From Candidatus Omnitrophota bacterium (lineage in GTDB: Bacteria > Omnitrophota > Omnitrophia > Omnitrophales > Aquincolibacteriaceae), in NCBI GenBank assembly GCA_035352955.1, contig DAOPYQ010000006.1, positions 26,456 through 90,455 of the forward strand: a stretch of DNA of 64,000 bases, given 5' to 3'. The notes below the pieces were generated by a model. It did no database searches. It was not told the origin of the DNA and saw only the letters and a list, made by a program, of their open reading frames with translations. The translations under genes were made by a program, and so were the position numbers. Below are positions 19,301 to 27,984 of this stretch, one piece after another (position 1 is the stretch's first letter; each line of letters starts with the position of its first letter).

Positions 19301-19525
19301 TTCGACGCCCATGACGGAGTCTTCAAGAATATCGACTACGTCCGTTTCAATGACTTCCGGCGCCGCGCCTTCCCAGGTTACGGAAACGTTCAGGACGGGG
19401 AAGTCAACATCGGGCATCTGTCCTACGCCAAGACCGCCGAAACTGATCAGGCCGAAGAAAATGAGCCCGAGCATGAGCATCCATGCGAAAACGGGATTTT
19501 TTATGGAGATTTCGGAAAGATTCAA
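16343..19525 (-). CDS. RND efflux transporter permease (AcrB/HAE1-like).
   Basis: 1060 aa with 12 TM helices. N-terminus MNLSEISIKNPVFAWMLMLGLIFFGLISF...GAAPEVIETDVVDILE is typical of AcrB. Confidence 0.9.
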   Translation of the reverse strand: MNLSEISIKNPVFAWMLMLGLIFFGLISFGGLGVGQMPDVDFPVLNVSVTWEGAAPEVIETDVVDILEDSVMGVEGLREVSSVSREGAANVTLEFDLDRDIDVALQEVQSKIAEAQRRLPRDMDPAVIQKFNPEDQPILWIGVTSNKPVKELMDYVDRNLKDRFKTVPGVGEIFLGGFLERNLRVWLDTKKLLQYQLTVEDVVNAIQTEHVEIPAGRLETAERESSVRAMGEARTVKEFEKIVISTRQGQPNYRQILLKEVATIEDGLADVRKMARVMGQDSVGIGIRKQRGANTVEVAKAVKKRLTELKKTLPPGYDMDINFDSSKFIEDSVHELVFTLILSALLTSLVCWIFLGSWSSNLNILLAIPTSILGAFIVIKFAGFTLNTFTLLGLSLAIGIVVDDAIMVLENIVRHREKGEAKVEAALKGSKEIMSAAIAATLSIAAIFIPVIYMQGIVGKYFLQFGITITVAVFLSLLEALTLAPMRCSQFLEVGERSTRFGKKFERGMIRLSEIYHQWLTIALDHKKIVLAGAAIFFILSLFTLPFLRKEMSPAQDQSMFLVQLETPIGSSIAYTSERFKEVEALAMKHPDVKRYFCVIGTRMGGFEGEMNAGLLFMTLKDPLERKVDPKLGHRPNQEELMDYFRREINKIPKLRAVIQDLSMRGFAAYGGFPVQFTVRGPNWDKLIAYATEIQEKMKSNPMFQDVDTDYRTGVTEVRIYPDRDKAYEHGVSVHSIAETINAMIGGEKIAKYTQDGRRYDVRVKALPDQRMTPEDISKLWVWNNRGEMVRLSEVIIMKEQPSLLNITRRARERSVSIYANVPKGKSQANAIKAAAEIGKKVLKDSEYHVVFSGTSQTMKESFGSLGFAMLLGLIVAYMVLASQYNHIVHPITIFLALPFSISGAFLALLIANQSLNIFSFIGLILLMGIVKKNSILLVDFTNQMRERGLTPLEALKAACPIRLRPIIMTSVSTIAAAIPPALALGPGAETRIPMAVCVIGGVLVSTLLTLFVVPTAYLVFVKLEDTESMKNRFENWVGIPLRSCLSTGSRLVAKLRSKL

Positions 19526-20877
19526 AGGACTTCCCCGACAGCGACCTTGAGACGGGCTTCGTCTTTTTTCATTTGGTAATAAGACTGGTTCTCGCTCTGT
19601 TGTGTATTGTTAAGAGACTCCAGAGCAGCGAGCACGTCCAGGTTGTTGACGAGGCTACGGCGGTATTCCTCAGTCTGTAAACTGTAATTTTTTTGCGCGG
19701 CCTCGACTGCGGCGTTTAGGGCCAGGTGCTGTTCTCTCGAAAAACGCCAGCTTTCGTAGCTTTGCTTGATCTCCATTTGAGCAAGCCGCTTTGCGCGTGA
19801 AAGATAAAGGTTTTGCTGTTTGAGCACGCTGATTGAATCCTTGAGCTGGCCAACCGTTGCCGTTCCCGAGAAGAGGGGAACGTCGATCGTGAAAAGAAGG
19901 TCCCAGTCGACATTCCCGAGTGATCCTTCCCTGCGGGTATATTGCGTGTGATCCAGGTAGATCGTCGGCCAAAAGCCGCTCTGGGCGATCAGGATGCCCT
20001 GTTTAGCGGTTTTAACGGCCTGCTCCGCCGCTTTGACATCAGACCGCATTCCGGCCAGAGAAAGATAGTCCATCAGGTTCCGCGATGAAGGATCTTGCGA
20101 AGCATTGTCCTGGAGCTTTCGTCCCTCGATCTCCATCCCGATCAGATATTCCAGGATGTAATGGGTCGTTGCCAGGGATCCTTTGACCCCCGCAAGATCA
20201 GCTTCCAAGGTTTTTAGTCTCGTTACCGCCTGCGCCACCTCGCTCGCACGGGACCGGCCGATCTTTTCACGTTCTTCCAGTTCCTTGATCCGCTTTTTGA
20301 GAAGCCCGTGGATCTCGCGGATGATGCCGAGTTCTTTTTGATAGCGGAGGACCCCGTAAAAAGCGTACGCGACATCCTGATAAAGAAGCTCCTTGGCCCG
20401 TCGGTAAGCGTCTTTTTGTTCCTGTTTGTAGCTTCCAGCGCCCTTGAGCGCTCCGAAAGCCTTGAAGCCCTGGAACAGCGGCTGGCTGATCGTAAACTTT
20501 TGTTGGGAGATGTCCGGATCGTTGATGGCGCCGCCACTTGTTGCCGAACCCCCGGAAACGGGTTGTTTTTGCTGTTCTTGCATTTCCCGTGTGATCACAT
20601 AATCCACGTCCCCCAAGGCTTCACTTGCGGCCGTGAAAATCTTTGCGGTCGCGCGGGCGATCGCTTCCTTCTGAATGGCGACCGTCTCGCTTTCGTCGAG
20701 GGCGAGTTTGTAGCAGTCCTCAAAAGTGAGCGGCGGAGTCTCGTCAACTGGGTAAGGAGAAACGGGGTTGGTTTGCGCCGGGGCGCTGTTATCTGCCCGG
20801 AGCAGGGGGGGGGTCGAACTGATAAACATAAGACATATAAAGATAGAAAGGAGTTTCCGGAATATTTTGAGACTCAT
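19522..20877 (-). CDS. TolC-family outer membrane efflux factor.
   Basis: Signal peptide, LTFEDCYKLALDESETV OEP-repeat start, coiled-coil-rich 451 aa. Its stop overlaps the RND start. Confidence 0.8.
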   Translation of the reverse strand: MSLKIFRKLLSIFICLMFISSTPPLLRADNSAPAQTNPVSPYPVDETPPLTFEDCYKLALDESETVAIQKEAIARATAKIFTAASEALGDVDYVITREMQEQQKQPVSGGSATSGGAINDPDISQQKFTISQPLFQGFKAFGALKGAGSYKQEQKDAYRRAKELLYQDVAYAFYGVLRYQKELGIIREIHGLLKKRIKELEEREKIGRSRASEVAQAVTRLKTLEADLAGVKGSLATTHYILEYLIGMEIEGRKLQDNASQDPSSRNLMDYLSLAGMRSDVKAAEQAVKTAKQGILIAQSGFWPTIYLDHTQYTRREGSLGNVDWDLLFTIDVPLFSGTATVGQLKDSISVLKQQNLYLSRAKRLAQMEIKQSYESWRFSREQHLALNAAVEAAQKNYSLQTEEYRRSLVNNLDVLAALESLNNTQQSENQSYYQMKKDEARLKVAVGEVL

Positions 20878-21317
20878 TTTTTCTCCCGTGCCAGGAAATC
20901 ATCCATGGCTTTTGAAAGGGTGGCGTAAAAACGGCTGATGGTCGCGTGTTCTGCAGGCGCGAATTGGTCATAAGCCTTGAAGAGAAGGTTCAGCGAATAG
21001 GTCTGAAACCCTGCAACCATTTTTTTAGCTTTGGGTAAGATGTCGAGCAGGATAATGCGGCGGTCTTTGGGATGAGGGACACGCTTCAGGAGTTTCTTTT
21101 TTTCGAGACGGTCGACCAGGCTGGTTACGGCGGGTCTGGTGATCTGAAGTCTTTCGCTCATTTCCGTCATTGAAACGGGGCCGAGGAATTCCAGCTGATT
21201 CAGCAAAGCATATTGAGGAAGCGTCAAGTCGGCGTCGTGAAGGATCTTTGCGTAGAGCCGTGCGAATTTCGGCTGGATCTCTCTGAAAAAAACCGCTAAC
21301 TCTTCTCGGGTTCCCAC
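20874..21317 (-). CDS. MarR family transcriptional regulator (GTG start).
   Basis: Winged HTH LTLPQYALLNQLEFLGPVSMTEMSERLQITRPAVTSLVDRLEKKKLLKRVPHPKDRR. Confidence 0.85.
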   Translation of the reverse strand: MGTREELAVFFREIQPKFARLYAKILHDADLTLPQYALLNQLEFLGPVSMTEMSERLQITRPAVTSLVDRLEKKKLLKRVPHPKDRRIILLDILPKAKKMVAGFQTYSLNLLFKAYDQFAPAEHATISRFYATLSKAMDDFLAREKK

Positions 21318-21444
21318 GATGTCTACTCCCGCTGGCTTGGTAATTGATTAATAGTTCAATATGTTAATTATTTACGTGTTGAAGTATAAAAGAAACCCGG
21401 ATGAATCACAAGGGGATTCTCCTGGATTTGAGAAAAAGGAAAGA

Positions 21445-22077
21445 TCAGCCGAACAGCCCGGTTGCCTTCAGCCCGTTGAGGATGAACTGGATGGCGATCG
21501 CGGCAAGGAGCAGTCCCATGAGGCGGGCCATGATTTTGAGGGCGATCACGCTGAGGATTTTGGAACGGACCGCGACAAACCAGAGGATCAAGAAGGTAAA
21601 CAAAGAGACCAGAATGATATTTTCGGCCAGTACTGCGCGATAAAGGAGTGCTCCTGATTTGTTGGCCAGGAGGATTACCGCGGTGATAGCGCCGGGACCG
21701 GCTAGCATGGGCATCGCCAGCGGAGTGATGGCGACATCTTCTTTTGCGATCGCTTCGGCCTTTTCTTCCTGGGTTTCCTTCACGGCGGTCCGCCGGGCCT
21801 GGAGCATGTCCAGGGCGACCAGGAGCAGGACGACGCCGCCCGCAATTTCAAAAGCGGGGAGGGTGATCCCGAACGCTTGAAGAAGCCTTTGTCCAAAGAA
21901 AAAGCTCAGGATCAGGATCGCAAACGTGACCCAAGCCGCGAGTCGTGCCATCCGGACGCGCTCTTGCGCCGTATTAGACTGCGTCATCGCGAGAAACGCG
22001 GGGATCAGTCCCACGGGGTCGACGATGACGAAAAGGGATGCAAACGAAAGTACCGCATAATCGAACAGTTCCATCAT
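21445..22077 (-). CDS. MarC / UPF0056 family integral membrane protein.
   Basis: MMELFDYAVLSFASLFVIVDPVGLIPAFLAM is the typical MarC N-terminus. The longer frame to 22161 is rejected because no RBS fits it. Confidence 0.75.
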   Translation of the reverse strand: MMELFDYAVLSFASLFVIVDPVGLIPAFLAMTQSNTAQERVRMARLAAWVTFAILILSFFFGQRLLQAFGITLPAFEIAGGVVLLLVALDMLQARRTAVKETQEEKAEAIAKEDVAITPLAMPMLAGPGAITAVILLANKSGALLYRAVLAENIILVSLFTFLILWFVAVRSKILSVIALKIMARLMGLLLAAIAIQFILNGLKATGLFG

Positions 22078-22251
22078 AGCTCCAATATCGGCAGAAGAAT
22101 GATGTGCCTTGACCGTTCGGCCTGGCAGTTTTAAATGAAGAAAAATTAATCTCGGATTCATTTCCCCGTAATGTTCGAAGAGTATACTTCCACTAACGAC
22201 GGGGAATTATTGAATGCAGTAAAATCAAAAAAACAAAGGAGAATCACCACC

Positions 22252-22425
22252 ATGAAGAAAATAATCGCCTTAGGGCTTTTGATGTTGATGGCCGCACCTG
22301 CGTTTGCAGCGATGCCGAAAGTAGCTTGTGACGTCAAAGGGCGTGTCAAGATGGTCAAGTCCGCCGAAGCTTGTAAGGAACTGGGTGGCAAGCTGGTGGA
22401 AAAGCCGGCCGCGAAGAAAATGTAA
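22252..22425 (+). CDS. Small exported Lys-rich protein (57 aa).
   Basis: MKKIIALGLLMLMAAPAFA signal peptide. RBS AAAGGAG. Followed by a strong intrinsic terminator. Confidence 0.5.
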   Translation: MKKIIALGLLMLMAAPAFAAMPKVACDVKGRVKMVKSAEACKELGGKLVEKPAAKKM

Positions 22426-22458
22426 CAGCGTTGTTCCCCTAGAAAGGGGGCAACAGGC

Positions 22459-22498
22459 GGGAGCTGCCGTGGATTTCATGGCAGCTCCCTTTTTTTTT
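22459..22498 (+). terminator. Rho-independent terminator.
   Basis: GGGAGCTGCC stem, 11-nt loop, GGCAGCTCCC, then 9 T residues. Confidence 0.8.
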
Positions 22499-22610
22499 GA
22501 GAGGGCCTGCCGGCGCGAAGATCGATTTTAAATGACGGAAAAGGGTGATAAAATTTGGCGTGGGGAGCGGTAATTTTTCAAATTTATTTTGCGGTTGTCC
22601 GGAGGTTCTG

Positions 22611-23291
22611 ATGCGTATTCTGCTGGTTGAAGATGATTCCCGTGTAGCAGGCTTTGTTCGCCGAGGGTTGCGTGAAGAGCAGTACGCTGTTGATAGGGTT
22701 GCCGATGGCGAACAGGCGTTGCAGGAAGCTCAAACAAATGAATACGACCTGATCATCCTCGATTTGATGCTGCCACGGAAAGATGGCATGGAGGTTCTCA
22801 GGGAGCTCCGGGCGGGGAAGAATAACACGCCGGTGCTGATCCTGACAGCGAAAGACAAACCCAAGGATAAGGTCGACGGACTCAACGCCGGTGCGGATGA
22901 TTATTTGACCAAACCGTTCGGGTTTGAAGAGTTGTTGGCGCGGGTCCGGGCCCTTCTTCGACGGAGAGGGGACATGATCCCGACGGTTCTTTCCGCAGGG
23001 GATCTGGAAGTCGACACCGTCAAGCACAAGGTCCGGCGAACGGGCAGGGATATCGATCTGACGAACCGCGAATATGCGTTGCTGGAGTTTTTTCTCCGGC
23101 ATCCGAACCAGGTGGTGACGAGGACCATGCTTTCCGAGCATGTGTGGGAATCGAGTTTTGATTCATTTTCGAACGTGATCGATGTCCATATCGCCCGATT
23201 GCGTCAGAAGCTCGATGACGGATCGGAGCCGAAACTTCTGAGAACGCTTCGCGGTAAAGGTTATATCCTCGAGATCCCCGAACAAGAATGA
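22611..23291 (+). CDS. OmpR-family response regulator.
   Basis: MRILLVEDD...LIILDLMLPRKDG receiver. Winged-helix C-terminus LTNREYALLEFFLRHPNQVVTRTML. Confidence 0.9.
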   Translation: MRILLVEDDSRVAGFVRRGLREEQYAVDRVADGEQALQEAQTNEYDLIILDLMLPRKDGMEVLRELRAGKNNTPVLILTAKDKPKDKVDGLNAGADDYLTKPFGFEELLARVRALLRRRGDMIPTVLSAGDLEVDTVKHKVRRTGRDIDLTNREYALLEFFLRHPNQVVTRTMLSEHVWESSFDSFSNVIDVHIARLRQKLDDGSEPKLLRTLRGKGYILEIPEQE

Positions 23292-24754
23292 TCCGCTCGA
23301 TCCGTTTTTCTCTTACGTTGTGGTATGCCAGCATCCTGACCGCGATCCTTTGTGTTTTTGGCGTGGTTCTTTTTGGGAATGTTAAAGTCAACCTTTTTCG
23401 CGACATTGATGCTGTTTTAGCTGCCCAGGCGGAGGGGGTCGCGGACGCTATTTTTTCTTTTTGGAAAGCCGAATCTGAAACTTTGCCGCTCAAAGAACGG
23501 ACGCTGAAGCAGTTTCATGATGATGTTGCGGCCGACCGTTTGCCAGATCTTGTGCGGCGGTGGGCTGAGGTGACGGACGAATTGGATACGGTGCGGCCGG
23601 TCCGTATTCTTTCCTGCGCCGGCGAAACACTTGCGTATTCGCCCAGCCTGTCCCAATGGATTATTCCCGTCAATTCGGCGACTCTTGTCGCGGCGGGAAA
23701 GGGCAGAATGTTTTTTGAGACTTATCAAGTGGTCAACGCCCGTCGCGTGAGGATCGTGACGCGGCCTGTGATCGAAGAGGGAAAGACGCTTTATTTCGTG
23801 CAGGTGGTGACCTCGCTTCATCAGGCCGACGCTTCTCTGGACCGGTTGAGGACATGGCTTTTTTGGTTGATCCCGACCACGGTGTTTGTGACAAGCCTGA
23901 TCGGATGGTTTCTGGCGAGCTTGGTACTGCGGCCGATCGGAAAAATGACCCGTCAGGCTCACGAGCTCAGTGAGTCTCGGTTGCACCGACGAATCGATGT
24001 TCCAGTGACCGGCGACGAATTGGAAGCCCTTGCGCTGACGTTCAATCAGATGTTGGACCGTTTCGAACGCGGGTTCAAAAGGCTTCGGCAATTCAGCGCC
24101 GCAGCCTCTCATGAACTTCGTACCCCGCTTACGGTCATGAAAGGGGAAATGGAGCTTGCTTTGCGCAAGCCCCGGACCGAGGAGGAATACGAGAGGGTGC
24201 TTCGGAACCAGTTGAGTGTCGTGAATGATATGGCCCATGTGGTGGAACAGCTTTTGGCGGTGGCGCATGCGGAGGACGGGGAATTGGCGGCCCAGTGGGA
24301 GACGCTTTCGTTGGGTGCTTTGGTTCGGTCTGTGGTAGGCACCTATGAAGTTATGGCACGACAGAAGAATATAGCCGTGCGGGTTGTCGTAAACGAAACC
24401 GTTCTTGTCAAAGGGGAAAAACGTCTTCTGGAACGCCTCATCGCAAACCTTCTGGAAAATGCCCTTAAGCATACTCCGCCGGAAGGGCAGGTTGTATTCG
24501 AAATCCGCCAGCAGGAAGGCCAGACGGTTCTTGTTATCAATGACACCGGGAAAGGGATTTCCAAGGAAGATATGCCGAAGATCTTTGAAAAATTCTTTAG
24601 TCATAAAATTTCTGCGGAGGGCATTGCTTCCACGGGGATCGGATTGGGCCTTTGCCGTTGGATCGTTGAAGTCCACAAGGGACGGATCGAGGTTCTTAAC
24701 TCCCCGGGACAGGGCGCGGAGTTCAGAGTATTCTTTCCTTCTCCGGCATTGTGA
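23288..24754 (+). CDS. Sensor histidine kinase (2 TM helices, HAMP, HisKA, HATPase_c).
   Basis: ATGA overlap with the response regulator gene. H-box AASHELRTPLTVMKGEMEL. NLLENALKHTP and GTGLGLCRWIVEVHKGRIEV motifs. Confidence 0.9.
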   Translation: MIRSIRFSLTLWYASILTAILCVFGVVLFGNVKVNLFRDIDAVLAAQAEGVADAIFSFWKAESETLPLKERTLKQFHDDVAADRLPDLVRRWAEVTDELDTVRPVRILSCAGETLAYSPSLSQWIIPVNSATLVAAGKGRMFFETYQVVNARRVRIVTRPVIEEGKTLYFVQVVTSLHQADASLDRLRTWLFWLIPTTVFVTSLIGWFLASLVLRPIGKMTRQAHELSESRLHRRIDVPVTGDELEALALTFNQMLDRFERGFKRLRQFSAAASHELRTPLTVMKGEMELALRKPRTEEEYERVLRNQLSVVNDMAHVVEQLLAVAHAEDGELAAQWETLSLGALVRSVVGTYEVMARQKNIAVRVVVNETVLVKGEKRLLERLIANLLENALKHTPPEGQVVFEIRQQEGQTVLVINDTGKGISKEDMPKIFEKFFSHKISAEGIASTGIGLGLCRWIVEVHKGRIEVLNSPGQGAEFRVFFPSPAL

Positions 24755-24818
24755 GGTGCCGCGTGCTTTCAAATTAGGGTAATGATAGCAAGAACAGCTT
24801 GTGGCATAATAAACCATC

Positions 24819-26279
24819 ATGATCATTCTTCGAAAAATCCTGTTTTATCTTTTTCTTGCGGTCTATCTTGTCCTGTGCCCGCTCATCATTCTTTATGCGC
24901 TCGGGTATATTTTTACCCCCAAGGCAGAAGAAGGGTTTGCCAAAACGGGTCTGATCCATCTCGAGACTGTTCCTTCCGGGGCGTCCCTTTTGATCGCGAA
25001 CCGCCGTTACGGCGAAAAAACACCCGCGACGATCCGGAACCTTTTACCGGGTTCCTACGATGTGAAAATCGTGAAACCGGGGTGCCGCCCGTGGAATCGC
25101 AAAGTGGCGGTCGAGCCCGGGAAAGCCGTTGCTTTCAGTCAGATTCTTCTTGTTCCGAAAAAAGTGAAGACACGGGCCCTGCTTGCGCAACCTTTCCGAG
25201 AGCTTGTTCCGATCCCCGAAACGCGGTTCCTGATCCTTTTCGGGACGCGTCAGGCGGGGGACATCCGGGTCTTTGACTGGAAGAGTGGATCTTCGGTCCC
25301 CCTTGTGGCTGTCGGGTCACCGTTGGTTCATGAGGTGTGTGAGCGGTATTTTTTTAGTAAAGGCAGCCCCTTTTTTCTTTTGAAAATGAGCGGTGGAAAA
25401 GAGGGGAGATACCTCTGGTGCCGCGTTGACCGGGAGAAACCTGAGATTAGAGAGATCTCGGATCTTTTTGTACGCGGTGAGCCGGCGGAGGTTCGCTGGG
25501 AAGGTGGAAATCCGGAATATCTTTTTGCGCTTTATGGCAGGGATCTCGTCCGTCTCGGGCTTGAAAAGAAATCCGCCGCTTCGGATTTTTTTACAAAGAT
25601 CCAGGGCTATGGACTTTACAAAGGGCGGGTCTTCGGACTTCGTTCATTTACCATGATTCGCAGGAATTTTGATGCCCGCGCGGCGGATCCCGGGACCGTT
25701 ATCGAAAAAGGCACGTTCCTTGAAAATCTTTTTCGCGAAAGCGGTGTTTACAAGATCGATTTTCTTTCGAACGATACCCTTTGCTTCCTCGGTGAGAACG
25801 GGGAGCTTCTTTCGAACGAACTTCCGTATCATTTTGTTAAGGAAGGCGTTCGCGGGTACGAAGCCGATCCCGACGGGCGGAAAGTTCTCCTCTGGAAAAC
25901 GACGAGTTTCGGGGTTTTGGATTTTTCACGGCCGGCCGGAAAAAAAGAACTTTTCAAGCGCGGGCCGGAGATCGATTGGGCCTTTGATGGGGGGAGCGAT
26001 CTGCAGCAGGCTTTTTTCGTTTACGGGACCTCTCACGTTCTTTTCCGTGATCAGGACGGACTTTTTCTGGTCCCGATCGGAGAAGGGGGCCGTTCGCCGC
26101 GGGAATTTCTCGCGAAGGTTCTTGGAAATACCGCGGTCTTTTATTCCGACAAGACCGGTGAGTGTTATTATCTGGAGCCCTCGCGGGGCTACTTAACGGT
26201 CCTGGAGGTGCTTCCGCCTGAAGCGAAGTCTCTGGTCTATATGTTCGGCGAAAAGGAAATAGCCGGGAAGCCCCAATGA
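24819..26279 (+). CDS. PEGA-domain membrane-anchored protein (N-terminal TM helix, PEGA domain, about 380 aa of uncharacterised beta-rich region).
   Basis: TM helix ILFYLFLAVYLVLCPLIILYALGYIF. PEGA-like HLETVPSGASLLIANRRYGEKTPATIRNLLPGSYDVKIVKPGCRPWNRKVAVEPGKAVAF. Confidence 0.65.
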   Translation: MIILRKILFYLFLAVYLVLCPLIILYALGYIFTPKAEEGFAKTGLIHLETVPSGASLLIANRRYGEKTPATIRNLLPGSYDVKIVKPGCRPWNRKVAVEPGKAVAFSQILLVPKKVKTRALLAQPFRELVPIPETRFLILFGTRQAGDIRVFDWKSGSSVPLVAVGSPLVHEVCERYFFSKGSPFFLLKMSGGKEGRYLWCRVDREKPEIREISDLFVRGEPAEVRWEGGNPEYLFALYGRDLVRLGLEKKSAASDFFTKIQGYGLYKGRVFGLRSFTMIRRNFDARAADPGTVIEKGTFLENLFRESGVYKIDFLSNDTLCFLGENGELLSNELPYHFVKEGVRGYEADPDGRKVLLWKTTSFGVLDFSRPAGKKELFKRGPEIDWAFDGGSDLQQAFFVYGTSHVLFRDQDGLFLVPIGEGGRSPREFLAKVLGNTAVFYSDKTGECYYLEPSRGYLTVLEVLPPEAKSLVYMFGEKEIAGKPQ

Positions 26280-27916
26280 AATTCATCTATTCGCGGCAGG
26301 GTTTAAAGGGAAAAGAAGAGTTCGTTCAGCGGGTTTTTGAGATTCTTCCGGGGTTGACCAGCTGGACGTTGGTGCTCGGACTGATCGGGCTTTCATTTTG
26401 GCAACCGCTTGTGTCCGCGATCTTCGTAATCATTTTTCTCCTCGCCTGGATCATGCGTCTTTTCTATATGACCCTGTTCCTGGTCCTTTCCTATTTGCGT
26501 CTGTCCCTGGAAAAAGGCACGGATTGGCTGGCAAGGGCTCGGGGTCTTGACCGGCTTGATCTTTACCGGGAAGAGCTTGCCAAAGCCGACCGTGGAAAAA
26601 AATGGCTGTCCCGGCTTATTTTGAATTCGCATTTGCGTGATCTTGAAATGCTGAAAACCCGGGGGAAGGTCCCGCCGCTTTCGTCCGATATCCGTCACCT
26701 GGTGGTCGTTCCGGTGATCAAGGAATCCGAGGCTGTGATCGAGGCTAACATCGCGAGCATTGCGAAAAATACGCCTCTCACGCGGCAGATCGTTGTTGCG
26801 ATCGCTCTGGAAAGCCGCGCAGCCGACGAGGTCAAGGAAGGGGTCCGCCGGGTCGTGGCTAAGTACCGGGGAGAGTTCCTGGACCTTTTGCTGGTGGAAC
26901 ATCCCGAAGGGTTGCCGGGGGAAGCACGTGTCAAGGGTGCGAACGCGACGTTTGCGGCTAAAGCGGCTGCGGAATATTTCAGAGGCAAGGGGGTTCCTTT
27001 CGAAAATGTGGTCGTTTCCTGTTTTGATACAGATACGGTGGTCCGGCCTGATTATTTTGCCTGTCTGACCTATTCTTTTATGGCCTGCCCCGACCGGCAC
27101 CGCGCCAGCTTTCAACCCGTTCCGGTTTTTCACAATAACATCTGGGAAGTTCCCGGCTTCGCCCGCGTGGTGGAAACGGGTTCCTCCTTTTTTCAGTTGA
27201 TCGAGACCACGGATCCGGAAAAACTCGTGACTTTTTCGAGCCATAGCATGAGTTTTCAGGCGCTGGTGGAAATGGGGTATTGGCCGGTGGATATGATCTC
27301 TGATGATTCCGGGATATTCTGGAAGGCCTATCTTTATTTTGAGGGGCAATACCGTGTTGTTCCGATGCCGATGACGCTCTCGATGGATGTCGTGGACGCG
27401 GGCACCTGGTGGAGGACGGTGGTCAGCCTTTACAAGCAGAAACGGCGTTGGGCGTGGGGCGTTGAGAATTTCCCGCTTGTGATGCGGGGGTTCCTGCAAA
27501 GTAAAAAGATCTCTCTCTATAACAAGATTCGGCACGGATTTAAATTGTTCGAGGGACATGTTACCTGGGCGGCGTTGCCTTTTCTTCTTACGCTTGTGGG
27601 CTGGTTGCCGGCTATTTTCCCGAGCGAGGAATTTTCCAATACGGTTCTCTATTACAGTGCAAACCGGTTCACCCAGGCGATCTTCGGCCTTTCATCGCTT
27701 GCCCTTGCCGGAACGATCGGTATGAGTATCTGGCTCTTGCCTAAAAAGCAGAAGAAATACCCGCTTCTCTGGACTCTGGTCCACGGCCTGGAGTGGTTTT
27801 TGGTCCCTGTGATCCTTGTTTTTTTGAGCGCGATGCCTGCGTTGGACGCCCAAACTAGGCTGATGTTCAATCGGCGCATGGAATTCTGGGTTTCGGATAA
27901 GCGCCGCCAAGGATAG
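26276..27916 (+). CDS. Integral-membrane processive family 2 glycosyltransferase (cellulose/chitin/hyaluronan-synthase-like, with QxxRW motif).
   Basis: ATGA overlap with the PEGA gene. N-terminal and C-terminal TM helices. FDTDT (DxD), ISDDSG (TED-like) and QKRRWAWG (QxxRW) motifs. Confidence 0.75.
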   Translation: MKFIYSRQGLKGKEEFVQRVFEILPGLTSWTLVLGLIGLSFWQPLVSAIFVIIFLLAWIMRLFYMTLFLVLSYLRLSLEKGTDWLARARGLDRLDLYREELAKADRGKKWLSRLILNSHLRDLEMLKTRGKVPPLSSDIRHLVVVPVIKESEAVIEANIASIAKNTPLTRQIVVAIALESRAADEVKEGVRRVVAKYRGEFLDLLLVEHPEGLPGEARVKGANATFAAKAAAEYFRGKGVPFENVVVSCFDTDTVVRPDYFACLTYSFMACPDRHRASFQPVPVFHNNIWEVPGFARVVETGSSFFQLIETTDPEKLVTFSSHSMSFQALVEMGYWPVDMISDDSGIFWKAYLYFEGQYRVVPMPMTLSMDVVDAGTWWRTVVSLYKQKRRWAWGVENFPLVMRGFLQSKKISLYNKIRHGFKLFEGHVTWAALPFLLTLVGWLPAIFPSEEFSNTVLYYSANRFTQAIFGLSSLALAGTIGMSIWLLPKKQKKYPLLWTLVHGLEWFLVPVILVFLSAMPALDAQTRLMFNRRMEFWVSDKRRQG

Positions 27917-27984
27917 CTCTAAACCATTTAATTTAAAAGGGTTAAGAAAATTTAGCAAGGTCTAAAAATATATTTTACCCTCAT

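Noticed and set aside
22081-22161. Longer MarC frame starting at 22161, and the 22171..22251 extension of the small exported protein ORF.
   Set aside because: There are no RBS. The conserved MarC N-terminus and the signal peptide of the small protein begin at the internal ATGs.
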